From: Antedon mediterranea
Lineage: Eukaryota; Animalia; Echinodermata
Assembly: GCF_964355755.1 (NCBI RefSeq)
Contig: NC_092672.1
Span: forward strand, 31,192,437-31,256,436
Direction: 5' to 3'
DNA: 64,000 nucleotides
The stretch's first letter is position 1. Each line of letters begins with the position of its first letter. Under the pieces are notes generated by a model, which saw nothing but the letters and a program-made list of their open reading frames with translations, was not told the DNA's origin and searched no databases. Below are positions 43,201-53,200 of this stretch, piece by piece. A program made the translations under genes and the position numbers.

Positions 43201-45178
43201 AGGCTGTTTTAGAGACCAACAAACCAGAGCAATGACAGGGGCTACAGTCCAGAGTGGAAGCATGACAATAGATTACTGTTTAGACTATTGTTCGGGCCAA
43301 GGCAGTCCATATTCTGGTGTGCAGCTTTCAAGCCACTGTTTTTGCGGAACAGCATACTCAACATACGGCGAGAGTGCTGATAGTGAATGTAATGTTGTGT
43401 GTGCAGGAAACCCGCACGAAAAATGTGGTGCAGGCTGGAGGAATTCAGTATACCATACAGCAGGTAAAAAAAAACACACTTATACTTTTGTTATGCTGTT
43501 CAAGTAATCTCAAATAGTGTAATGAAGCTGTAGCTTGGTGTGGTTAACGTGCTTGCCAATCCCAAGGTCCAGAGTTCAATCCTGACCTAGTGCCAGGGTT
43601 GTAATTCACGACTCTTTACTTTCAACTTCACTCCCTAAGCCTCAAATGAGACTATAGCTTATAAGCACGATACATTATTAAATAGTTTATCAATCCTGTA
43701 ATTGGGGAGCTTTACTCGCTTTTGAGTGCGTATGAAATACAAAAATAATACACTGAGTAGGCATACTATGATGCCAATCAATAATCTTCTAAGTACAAAA
43801 CAACGGTAATCATCTAAATTCATTTAAACTTTATTCACAATCTCGTTTGTACACATACTGGACTCTGACAATGAAATACGTCATTCATTAGTTAATCACG
43901 CATAACGGATTGTAACTAGAACCATCTCTTCAGGTAGCAAAGGATTGATACAGTCACTCGACGAATCAAATGCTGGCTCAACTGGAATCGACATTTTCAC
44001 AAATGACGGAGATACTTACTTTGTTGTTGTCAATCATTTAAGTTGTGTACAAAATACAATAGTGTACATATGGGACGAATCGACTGATGAATTCAAAATT
44101 CATCAACGTATTCCTTTAGAACATTGCCCTGTCAGCACTACAGTTTTCAAAGTAAGTACAATTGTAAGTAAGTACCATTGTCAGCAGTGAGTAGGCCTAT
44201 ACCATTGTAAATAAAGTACTGTAAGACCATTGGAATTATGTGCCATTATAAGTACCATTACCATGTGTAAGTAAGTACCATTGTAAGTACAATTGTAAGT
44301 AAGTACAATTGTAAGTAAGTCCTTTATAAATAAGTACCATTGTAAGTACATTTTAATTCTTTTCGTCTTGGGGCCCCAATTGTAATATCCCCATATCAAT
44401 ACCAAACGCATAATCAGGGGCGGTCGCAGGACGATTTTAAGGGGGTTACCCAAGATTCCTCAGAGAGCCGTAGCTACTGAGTATTTGCGCCACAGGACGT
44501 CCGTAATTATTACAGAAATTCGCCCAAATATTACGGACGTAGGGAAATGAAGATAAATATAGTCGTCTTTTCCAACCCTGGACTTCTATAACGTTAACAG
44601 TTAATATATAATATGATGAAATGGGATCTAAATTTTAATTTAGTGGCAGAAAAAAACATTTAGTATGAAATTAAGGGTGTTGCCCGGGCAACTGGGGAAA
44701 CACCCCTGCGTCCGCCCCTGATAATCCTTCTGTAAGTGTATAGAGGGAGGCGCTATCCTCACAGCGCAAAATAATATGGACCTCTTTCTTATACATTATT
44801 ATAAGGTTGGTTTAGAAATCTCCCGCGTTCTCTGCAGAACATGCCATGGAAAGTACGTCTAGATTTAATTTAATCCACCTTCACGCATTGAATGTTATTT
44901 ATTTACAGGTTGGTGGAGAAGTATTTATGATAGTACCCACACTCAGAAAATTATGGAGTTACACTAATGTTGACGCCGACCTCTTTACTACGACATCGCC
45001 AATATTTAAACTGGAGGGATCAATGTTCGTAAAGTACGGAGACATGACGTCGCACTCGTGTTATGGTATAACGTTTTTTGAGCGAGATGGGGAGTACTTT
45101 TTAGGTCAGTCAAATCAACGAAATGGTATTGATGGTACCAAAACTGATCCAAGTTTTAACATTTACCAATGGGTGTAG
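19284..45178 (+). CDS. Secreted PAN/apple - EGF - EPTP(EAR) repeats - WSC - EPTP repeats protein, interrupted in exon 5 by the palindromic element; exons 19284-19637, 20891-21017, 25314-25419, 27324-27541, 27987-28095 + 42018-42223, 43191-43463, 43934-44150, 44909-45178
   Basis: Signal peptide; PAN cysteines (ECMQLCRKDARCLAFTY); EGF (CRNGGSCINDC...YSCAC...YGRFCE); EPTP-like repeats (SYLYKFN...FEQHQTFST, VYKWD...F, IVYIWDESTDEFKIHQRIP); WSC (YIGCFRD...MTIDYCLDYC...HCFCG...CGAGWRNSVY). All junctions are GT-AG and in phase. Confidence 0.82.
21127..25187 (+). mobile_element. LINE with an uninterrupted ORF2 (APE endonuclease + reverse transcriptase + C-terminal CCHC finger), possibly RTE-X-like, in intron 2
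   Basis: The frame is open from 21100 to the stop at 24690. Motifs: GIAETFL, VGDFNGR, IDYVL, SDHN, APGVDGI, NYRGITL, QGGFR, FLDFRKAFD, GVKQGCVLSPTLF, FWADD, YKYLG, CMLC...EDLYHFMLNC. AATAAA + (TTA)n tail at 25157-25187. The 5' boundary is approximate. Confidence 0.93.
26182..26925. mobile_element. Cluster of four adjacent MITEs of the AAGC(G/T)TGGTTCCCACTAG family; other copies at about 8409-8631, 19697-20031, 27569-27760, 42331-42513, 45925-46125
   Basis: Repeated inverted termini GGTTCCCACTAG...CTAGTGGGAACC, ACGCA repeats, and two alternative internal sequences. Confidence 0.85.
28168..28630 (+). repeat. Subterminal ~100-bp repeat ladder of the element (mirrored at about 41477-41939)
   Basis: AAGGTCATTCTTTGT near 28242, 28345 and 28446, with a variant near 28555; GGAATGTCATATCCCCAGGG twice; TTTTGGCGGG twice. 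Confidence 0.85.
28795..29346 (+). pseudogene. ~183-codon ORF with acidic N-terminus and a CxxC...H..C motif, broken by one in-frame TAA (29038-29040); left arm
   Basis: ORFs 28795-29040 and 29056-29346 are in the same frame. Motif CYGCEFDRPGQKDHDFC. Confidence 0.68.
29722..30915 (+). pseudogene. ALKBH2: ALKBH2-like Fe(II)/2OG dioxygenase with introns; exons ~29722-30043, 30246-30388, 30618-30915; premature TGA at 30838-30840; left arm
   Basis: Spliced: ...ENLDCDY...KVKVYGKWFNIPRRQ|VSFGDSGLTYTFSG...PWP...VTGHYFNFVLVNR|YATGSDYIGEHKDDE...SPIASVS...LKHGTLLMMNYPTNEY*YHSLP...PRTNLTFR. HxD, distal His and RxxxxxR are present, and TGA replaces the conserved Trp. The start codon was not located. Confidence 0.9.
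32941..33370 (+). repeat. ~150-bp unit repeated about 2.8 times, rich in the palindrome TGTACA (mirrored at about 36737-37166)
   Basis: Units begin GTGTACAGATT at 32941 and 33091 and GTGTACACAGC at about 33239. Confidence 0.85.
34859..34921. other. 63-bp central spacer of the palindrome, itself an imperfect hairpin
   Basis: CAATTTTCGAC-TTC-GTCGAAATTTG at 34876-34900, with loop TTC at 34887-34889, 2 nt from the arm symmetry axis (34890). Confidence 0.88.
39192..40385 (-). pseudogene. ALKBH2: ALKBH2-like gene, mirror copy in the right arm, with the same premature TGA
   Basis: ORFs 40004-40309 and 39267-39602 translate identically to 29798-30103 and 30505-30840. Confidence 0.9.
40761..41312 (-). 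pseudogene. Mirror copy of the CxxC...H..C ORF, with the same in-frame TAA
   Basis: ORFs 41067-41312 and 40761-41066 are contiguous and in frame. Confidence 0.68.
43529..43745 (+). mobile_element. Possible tRNA-derived SINE
   Basis: tRNA-like head GTAGCTTGGTGTGGTTAACGTGCTTG...GAGTTCAATCC (A/B-box-like) without a complete cloverleaf. Boundaries are uncertain. Confidence 0.4.
44151..44350 (+). repeat. Degenerate GTAAGTA(CAATT/CCATT) repeats starting at the exon 7 donor
   Basis: GTAAGTACAATTGTAAGTAAGTACCATTGT recurs through about 200 bp. Confidence 0.75.
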
Positions 45179-46642
45179 TTTGTCGAAGATCTTGCGTAGT
45201 ATCCACGATGGTTGTGACGTCATAGCTTTTAGAGAAAATGGTCAACAACATTATTGCTTACAATGAAAGAATAATGCAATCATTGTTATCTCATTTGTCT
45301 GTTTTATTGTAAATTTTAAAGATGTATTGTCCCCCAAAAACATGAAAAATGAAGATTAATTAAATCAGACTTTGAAGTGTTATTTTGTAGTTTTAATAAA
45401 GTTATTCACATCCATAGAAAAAAAAACAAACAAAAAATAATGTTTTCACTTATAAAATGACAAAAAATGGTTAAATTCAAACAAAAATCCATTGGCTGGC
45501 AGCCAATTTGACAATTTTTGGCTTTAAATTACATTTTTTTCAGGTAAATACATTTTTTTTCTCGATCCAATTTTTTATCAAAGTGGATAACAATGGAATA
45601 TTCAACAACAATTTGTTTAAGAATTATTTTTTCAGGGGGACAATACATCAATATATTTCAGCGTGTTTGACCTTTGATGATTCTCACATTTTATAAAAAA
45701 TATGAAATGCATTCAAGAGGTGTGTGGCGCAGTGAGTTCGAATCCAACGCCTTGTCGCATTATCCAGACACTTTACTTACGTTTGCCTCTCTTCACCTAT
45801 GCGTAAAAATGGGTACCCAGTATTAAAGGTCAAACATACAATGTGGTGATTACTAGCTGGAGCATATATTAATATGGGAGTATGTTTCCATACGTTGATG
45901 ATCGAAGTAATAATGTGAAGCGTTTAAGCGTGGTTCCCACTAGGACGCAACGCAGCGACGTATTGACGCAAAGTGCTGTATTGCGTAATCACAAGTGGGA
46001 ACCGACGACGCAATAGTGCTGCAAACATCTCAGGTTTGATTTCACGCAGGCGGGGGCAAATACAATTATTAGAAGGGCATTTTCTTACGTTGCGTAGATT
46101 GCGTCGCTAGTGGGAACCAGGCTTTAGACTAGACTCGGATGCTTTGTGCATTAAGCACTATATAATATCCATGTATTATTATGATGTATTGTTGGTATAA
46201 TAAAAAAATTAAAACATTTTTATTAAACATAATCAAAATGTCCTTTAGAAGAATTTAAACACTTATAAATATGTATATTATTATTTCATAAATCTATTAT
46301 ATTTACATATTATTTTGACAACTAAAAACAGGAGTTGACTTAACCCCTGACCTCACTCAAGTTTGTGTGTTTTTAAAATTTATTCTATCATTTGATAAGA
46401 ACAACTTTCTCTTTGTGCATAGTCCATGTTGCTTAAATATTTTGAAATTATAGATTCTGTAAAAATGTTTTATTGCACTAATAAATAGTAAATGTTTTCT
46501 CGTTATTTATGAATTATTATGTTAAGTACAAATTAAACGGATTTTTAAAATTATAAGTGTTATAGATTGGTCATCAATTAAATATTTACATACTTACAAT
46601 CAAAATATTCTGTTACAACAGCAGAACCTAAAAACCAACAAA

Positions 46643-47140
46643 GTGTCCCCTAATAGAGGTTTCCCTTGATTAGAGGTGTCCACTGAATAGGTGCCCACTG
46701 ATTAGAGGTGTCCCCTTAATATAGGTGTCCTCTCAATATAGGTGTCCCCTCAATAGAGATGTTCCCTTAATAGGTGTCCCCTCAATATAGGTGTCCTCTC
46801 AATATAGGTGTCCTCTCAATATAGGTGTTCCCGCCCCCCACTCCCCCGCAATAGAGATGTCCCCCCAATATAGGTGTCCCCTCAATATAGGTGTCCCCTT
46901 ACTAATTATAGGTATCCCCTCAATAGAGGTGTCCCCTCAATATAGGTGTCCCCTTAATAAAGGTGTCCCCTCAATAGAGGGGTGTCCTCTTAATAAAGGT
47001 GTCCTCTCAATATAGATGTCCTCACAATATAGGTGTCCTTTCAATATAGGTGTCCCCTTAATATAAGTGCCCCCTAATACAGGTGTCCCCTTAATATAGG
47101 TGTCCCCTCAATATAGGTGTCCCCTTAATAGAGGTGTTCC
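46643..47140 (+). repeat. 17-bp minisatellite AATATAGGTGTCCCCT(C/T)
   Basis: Visible degenerate tandem array; ORF 46791-47015 is a by-product. Confidence 0.9.
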
Positions 47141-47669
47141 AAAGCAGGGTTCTACTGTTCATGGCAGAACATCACTATTTAACAAACTGTTTTAACAAGT
47201 TAAACAATTTCATTATACTGAAGTTACTGCAGTAACAACATTTTATTTACTCTCTTTAACATGTTTATGCAATATATTTAGCAAGCCTTTTTTTGTAGTT
47301 CATACGCACTGTTTATTTCAGTGACTGCCCTCATGAACTTCTACATTGAAACAAACTAAAATCACATGTTACTGCTAAAACAAAATGTAGCTACTGCAGT
47401 AACTGCAGTATACTAGTTTTCACATGATCCCTATATTACAAGTCAAACTGGAATCTACACAATAACAAATGTTTAAACGTAAGTCAATCAGGTGTTCTTA
47501 AACATCACAATAAATTTTCATAATGACTAATTCCACACAAAAAATCAGTATTACAAATACAAAAAAGTAAAACAAATTTATACAAAAAACTTAAAAGTGA
47601 GAATGTTTACCATATATATACAAATATCAGTGCAGTGTTTGAAAATATGTTACAGTTGCGATATGATAT

Positions 47670-50086
47670 CTAGAATATTAATACCAGTGCTATTATTATT
47701 CCGTATACAATCAGCGATGGTAACCATGTTTTCACAATTCCGCAAGCACTGAAAAATGGCAAAAACCAATTGTAATTTATATGACAGAACAAGTATAGTC
47801 AGCAAAATGGAGTGGCCAGACAGTAAGGCTTGGCAATACACACTAACAAGTATAGTTTTATAATGACAGGAAAGTTAAGTGGCCAAGTAGTAACTATAGC
47901 CATAAAATTGGCGCAGGTTCAAGTCACTCCTCAATCATAGTTCTGGTGGTAGAAGATTCTTGGATGAGATCTTATTATGCACTTTAAAAAACCAGTGTAT
48001 TTTTCAGAAGAGTAGGGAGGGGACCCTTAGAGGGGAGTAAAGTTGTCTGTGTAGAATCCAGCCAAGTGGGTAGGTTATTAATCTTGCATTTAAAAATAAG
48101 ATTTTTAATTTTTAGGACACTATTGAATGTAATAGAGAGAAAAGGAGACACTAATTTATACACTCAACTCTCCCAATACCGGACTCTCTGAAAACCGGAA
48201 CTCTCCCAATACCGGACTCTCTGAAAACCGGAACTCTCCCAATACCAGACTTTTCCTGAACTCCAAACAGTCCCAAATTCATTTTTACCATTAAAAAACC
48301 ATTCCGAATACCAGACTTTCCAGAAAACAAGGCATATTTGGCTAGCCCAAATGCATCCGGTATTGGGAGAGTTGACTGTATCAATAATTAATATAAAACA
48401 ATATACGTACCCAACATATTTGCCTTGAACGAACATCTTGGCTGCCAATTTAACCATGTTCCAATGTTTGCTCTCCTGGTAACGCATATCATTTAGTGCC
48501 ATAGCAACATGAGAGTGACAGTTATCACAGCATAAATTATGCTAATGAGGTAAATAAATTATCCTTTATTATCAGATTTATTATTGATTTATCAATTTTA
48601 TTTCATGTCATTAAAAAAATTGTTAAAAATAGTACAGTTTTAGGAAGAATAATATCTTAGCATTTATACAATAATTAAGCATCATATTGTGAAGTGATTA
48701 TCGTTAAGGTTGAACGTGCACCTACTTCTTTGATTGGCTCTGCACCAAATAATCACTATATCGCATGGTTAACCATGCCGATAGACAATCTACATGCACA
48801 GTGAGTTGACCATACTGATAGCCTCATTACATACGTATAAACAAAATGTTGGTTTGTAAATGATTCAATATTTTTTAATTCTTACTATTCGTGTTTTATA
48901 TTCTTCTGATGCGTCAAATATTGATTGATCCCATAGACCTGGTTTTTCCATCCGTGGTGTACATATCAGGTAACGTGTTGGTTTACCAAATGCCATACAA
49001 TCCTCCTATTCCACAGTAAAAAGGAACATTAGTGGTGGTGCTGTGCTAAAAGCAACTAGTTTGACAACAAAAGTGTGATGTGCCAATATATGGACATGAT
49101 GATATCATTACTACCATATTTTGGCACATTACTATCATATTTGGGCACATTACTATCATATTTGGGCACATTACTATCATATTTGGGCACATCACTACTA
49201 TATATTGGGCACATCACTACCATATATTGGGCACATCACTACCATATATTGGGCACATCACATTTTTTTTGGTCAAATAGTTTGATAGTGTAGACAGAGT
49301 TTTAAAAACTGTAAACATTGCATTGTAAATTTTCTAAAAATAAGAGGAGCTCAGGCCGGGTGAGGGTCACCCGACAGAGTTACACTGCAGATTTGTAAGT
49401 TAAATTGTTTTCAGACTGTGAAAAAACACACAATAATATTTAAATTTGCCTTGTCTTACCGATACGTAATATGGTCCTGCAAAGTCACGTATGATGCCTG
49501 CAGACGTTGCAATACCCATGTGTCCAATGAATGGAAATAGCCACCTATTATTATTATGCATAAATTGAAATTTAAAAAAGACATAAAATGTTTCAAATCT
49601 TAATTATTTTAAAATAATAATATAATTAATTTAATAACATTTTCGTATCAATCAATAACAAAATATGGAGATAAAATGCAGGTTAGGGGGTGTTTATTTA
49701 TTTATCGTTCTCGCAATCCTTTACATGTTCTAAGGCCCTATAGCAACTTACAATACGTATGGATGATGCACCAATCATACTAAAAAGTCGGGCTAGGCCT
49801 AGGCGCGCTGGGAACCTTTGACTTGATTCCGGTCGACCGGCTTCTTTTGCTTGCTTGCCGATCAAAAAGTCAGTGACGTGTAGGCCTAAAAAAGTATAAC
49901 AACTTACGTTAATAGAGGAATTGGTGTCCATACTATACAATAAGGATATCTAGACCTTTTGTGATCAATTAATGGATGCTGAAACATTTGAACATTACTA
50001 GAATGATCCATTTTATTTCGTTTATTTGCTTCGTGAATTTCAACCTCAACTCCGTCTTCGCTGTCAAAATTTTGGTTGTCGGCCAT
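47670..50086 (-). CDS. TMEM222: Transmembrane protein 222; exons 49908-50086, 49460-49544, 48886-49005, 48411-48541, 47670-47748
   Basis: RYPYCIVWTPIPLLT|WLFPFIGHMGIATSAGIIRDFAGPYYVS|EDCMAFGKPTRY...WDQSIFDASEEYKTRI|HNLCCDNCHSHVAMALN...WNMVKLA...GKYVG...KTWLP. Introns are GT-AG. Confidence 0.95.
48159..48380. mobile_element. Tc1/mariner-like MITE (TA-flanked CA(C/G)TCAACTCTCCCAATACCGGA termini)
   Basis: TACACTCAACTCTCCCAATACCGGA ... TCCGGTATTGGGAGAGTTGACTGTA, with internal 33-bp repeats. Confidence 0.72.
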
Positions 50087-50274
50087 TATTTTTTTGTTTG
50101 TGCTTACTGTATATAGAGGGCGACATCCATGTTGAAAAAAGTTAACGCAACACAATCATCAAATTTTAAAACGAAACACAGTAGGCCTAGCCTAGGCCCT
50201 AGGCCTAAATATGATGTAGAAATTGTTACAAATAAACGTTTTTTTGTAATTGTACGAATTTGTTTTTTTTTACT
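50087..50274. promoter_or_regulatory. Compact bidirectional promoter/5' UTR region between TMEM222 and PEX14
   Basis: Divergent predicted start codons are only 188 bp apart. The region contains TATAGAGGGCGACAT and TAGGCCTA repeats. Confidence 0.7.
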
Positions 50275-53200
50275 ATGTCATCAGATGTTAAGGTAGGCTT
50301 TAATAAAGGAGAAAATGTATCATTTAGTAATTATTACTCATAGTAAGTGAGGCAAAAGTCTCTCAACCAACCAAGTCCACTTTACAAGCAACACACTAGG
50401 CTAGGGCCTAGCTATAGAGTAGACACACAACAGGGGGAACCTACAGGCAGGTCAGCCAAGTGGTTGAATTTGCATTGTGCCACCACCACCACCAGTTTAG
50501 TGCAGAGGGTGTGTGGTGAAGAACCTTCTTCAGCGAGCCCTCAGCTTTGTACTTTTTAAAGTAAAAAAAACACATAAATAAATATAGGCCTAGCTAGACC
50601 TAGGCTAAATTATTAAATATTTAATATTAATATTAAAATCACTAATATTTATTAACAATAATTTTAATAATATATATTTTAAATTGAAAAATTAACCATT
50701 TTTATTCTTACAGTCACCTGTTCCGCAGATGGATAATCCACTGCTGCCAAGTGAAAATACATCTGATATTCCACGGGAAAAGTTGGTAGGCCTATGTCAT
50801 TTTATGAATGATTAAACATATTTTTAAAAAATATACCATATATTAGACTGTTTTTTTTCTGAAACAATTAATCTTTATTTATTTTTTTCTTTTTAGATCG
50901 AAACAGCTATTAAATTTTTGCAGAATCCACAAGTACAGTCCAGTGCTGTCTCGGCTCGTAAAGCTTTTCTGGTAAAAAAAGGTTTGACCGATAAGGAGAT
51001 AGAAATCGCAATTAATAGGTCCGGCGTTAATCAGGTCGCTCCGTATAATAAAGTAACACCTGCTGTCCCAGTCTCACAACCAATTGGTAATATATTGATT
51101 ATTATTGTTTTATATTTCAAATTTATGATATGGGCAATTCCATGGTCACTCGCATTACACATTACAGTCATTTTTGTTAGTCTAAGCTTTGTACTTTCTA
51201 TACTAATTGGATTTTTAAGTCAATGTTTTATATGAACATACTTTAGGTGCAAGTCTTTAATAAAATACTATAAAAAAAATTGTATGTCTTTTACTTCGAC
51301 AATGACGCCATTGCGAAATTCTGTCACACGCATTACACAAAAAGGACACAACAAAAATTTGATTAGATTTGATAAGAACGTGTCCTTAAACTAAAAATAT
51401 ATGAATCAAAAGATCTTATTATATTTTTAATTGCTGTACTTTTAAAGTATAAAATAGGATAATAAAAAAATTCAACATTACATAGATTTTAAAAATATTT
51501 TACATTTTAACAAAAAAGTCCCGTCACTCGCATTACTGTCACTCGCATTACCGTAAGAAGTGAACTTAGTATTTACTAAGCAAAGCAGAAAGAAAAGTAG
51601 ACAATAATTAAATAATGCAAAATTAAACCACTCAAAGAATGTTATATCAATTTTCAAGTAAAAACTTTTATTTCAACTCATTTGGATGAAGTTCTAAAGG
51701 ACATCATCTATTTTTAACACTAACAGAACATCTTGATTTTTTACAAACACAGTAACAGAACACTTTAAATACGGTCACTAAAAATGAAAATAGAAAATTC
51801 AAACAGCCATTTTACAAATTATGGAACTCAAAGTTCTTCGCAAACCAGCATCAAGCATTCTTTTTGCCCTGGTAGTGGCTTTAGCGCAGCCATAGCACTT
51901 CTAAAAGGTGATGGCCCGTCTAATGCCAAAGCAGCCTTCTTTGCTCTGAACTAATAGCCACACGTTTTCTATTAGCAACTTTAAGAGCATCAATCTTCTG
52001 CTTCTTCAAAGCTAGTGGCAGAGCTAGAATTTTCTCTTTTCTTTTACTTTTTTACTTCTTTTCGAAATTTCATTTTGTTTGTTTCTGTATGAGGTGTATT
52101 TTCCCTCGGCTTTCAGTTTTTCTAGGTACTTTCTCTGTCGTTCGGCCATTTCTAAAGGCAGGATGCAAATGTGAATGATAATTTAAAATTATTTTTAAAT
52201 AATAAGCAATTATATATTTTGTTTTTAAAACTACAATGCTTTAGACCTGGTGGTTTAAAATATGCCTAGTAAATAATAATATATAAATAATAATATATAA
52301 ATAAATTATTATAGCCTTAGGCCTATGCGGTGTTTTCAAATTATAGAATTTGAAATAATTAACACTAACAATATAAGAAAAAAAAAACTTTAAAATTGTG
52401 ATTAAATATAAATGTATACTTATTCTTACCTTCTTATCTTCACAAAAGATTGTACCAAATTTGATAAATCTCACCAGATTTAGTGTTTTTTATTTAATGA
52501 GCTCTTATAATGATTTGATTTTTCAAATGATTTAACTGCAAAAAGGTTGTTGCTAGGGATTGTGCCCTCAACAAACCTAATGCTATAATTATTATACTGT
52601 AGTGCCTCCAAATAAGGGCCAAATCACACATTGTATTATGAAATTAATGTATATACTAATTCTGGGACTAATTCATAACTAATGATAGATTAATTACTAT
52701 TTTACTTTACAAAAAAAAGAGTTTTAGTAATGTCACTCGCATTACATTGTCCATTTTTTAACGTCACTCGCATTACATGTCACTCGCATTTCACTTTTCA
52801 ATGTCTCAACAATTTTGTATTTACGGGGATTTTTTATTTTTATTTGTCAAATTTTAATTGTTCAAAGTAGTATAGCTAAATTATAAAATTTCATTAAAAA
52901 AAATTATCATCATGATGGTATAAAAAAAAAAAATCATTTTTTTTGTCACTCGCATTACATACCCTAATATATAACGGAATATACACAGCACTCCTATATG
53001 GGATATTCAACATTTGTAGTTATATCATATTTTCCATATATCTTAAGTGTACTACCGTATTACTTAGACATGTTACTTTATAAATATTGCTTTGTTGGGA
53101 AAATAATAATCAGTTAACGTAATTACCTATTTTTCACACCTAAAAAAAAATATATATTCAACATTGAATAAACGTAATTTTTTGGCTGCAAAAAGTCATA

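Noticed and set aside
43529-43600. tRNA gene
   Set aside because: A/B-box-like motifs are present but there is no complete acceptor stem or cloverleaf; at most a SINE head.
46791-49293. Repetitive ORFs (46791-47015, 48151-48384, 49075-49293; likewise 58586-58918)
   Set aside because: These are translations of minisatellites or MITE-internal repeats in introns or intergenic DNA.
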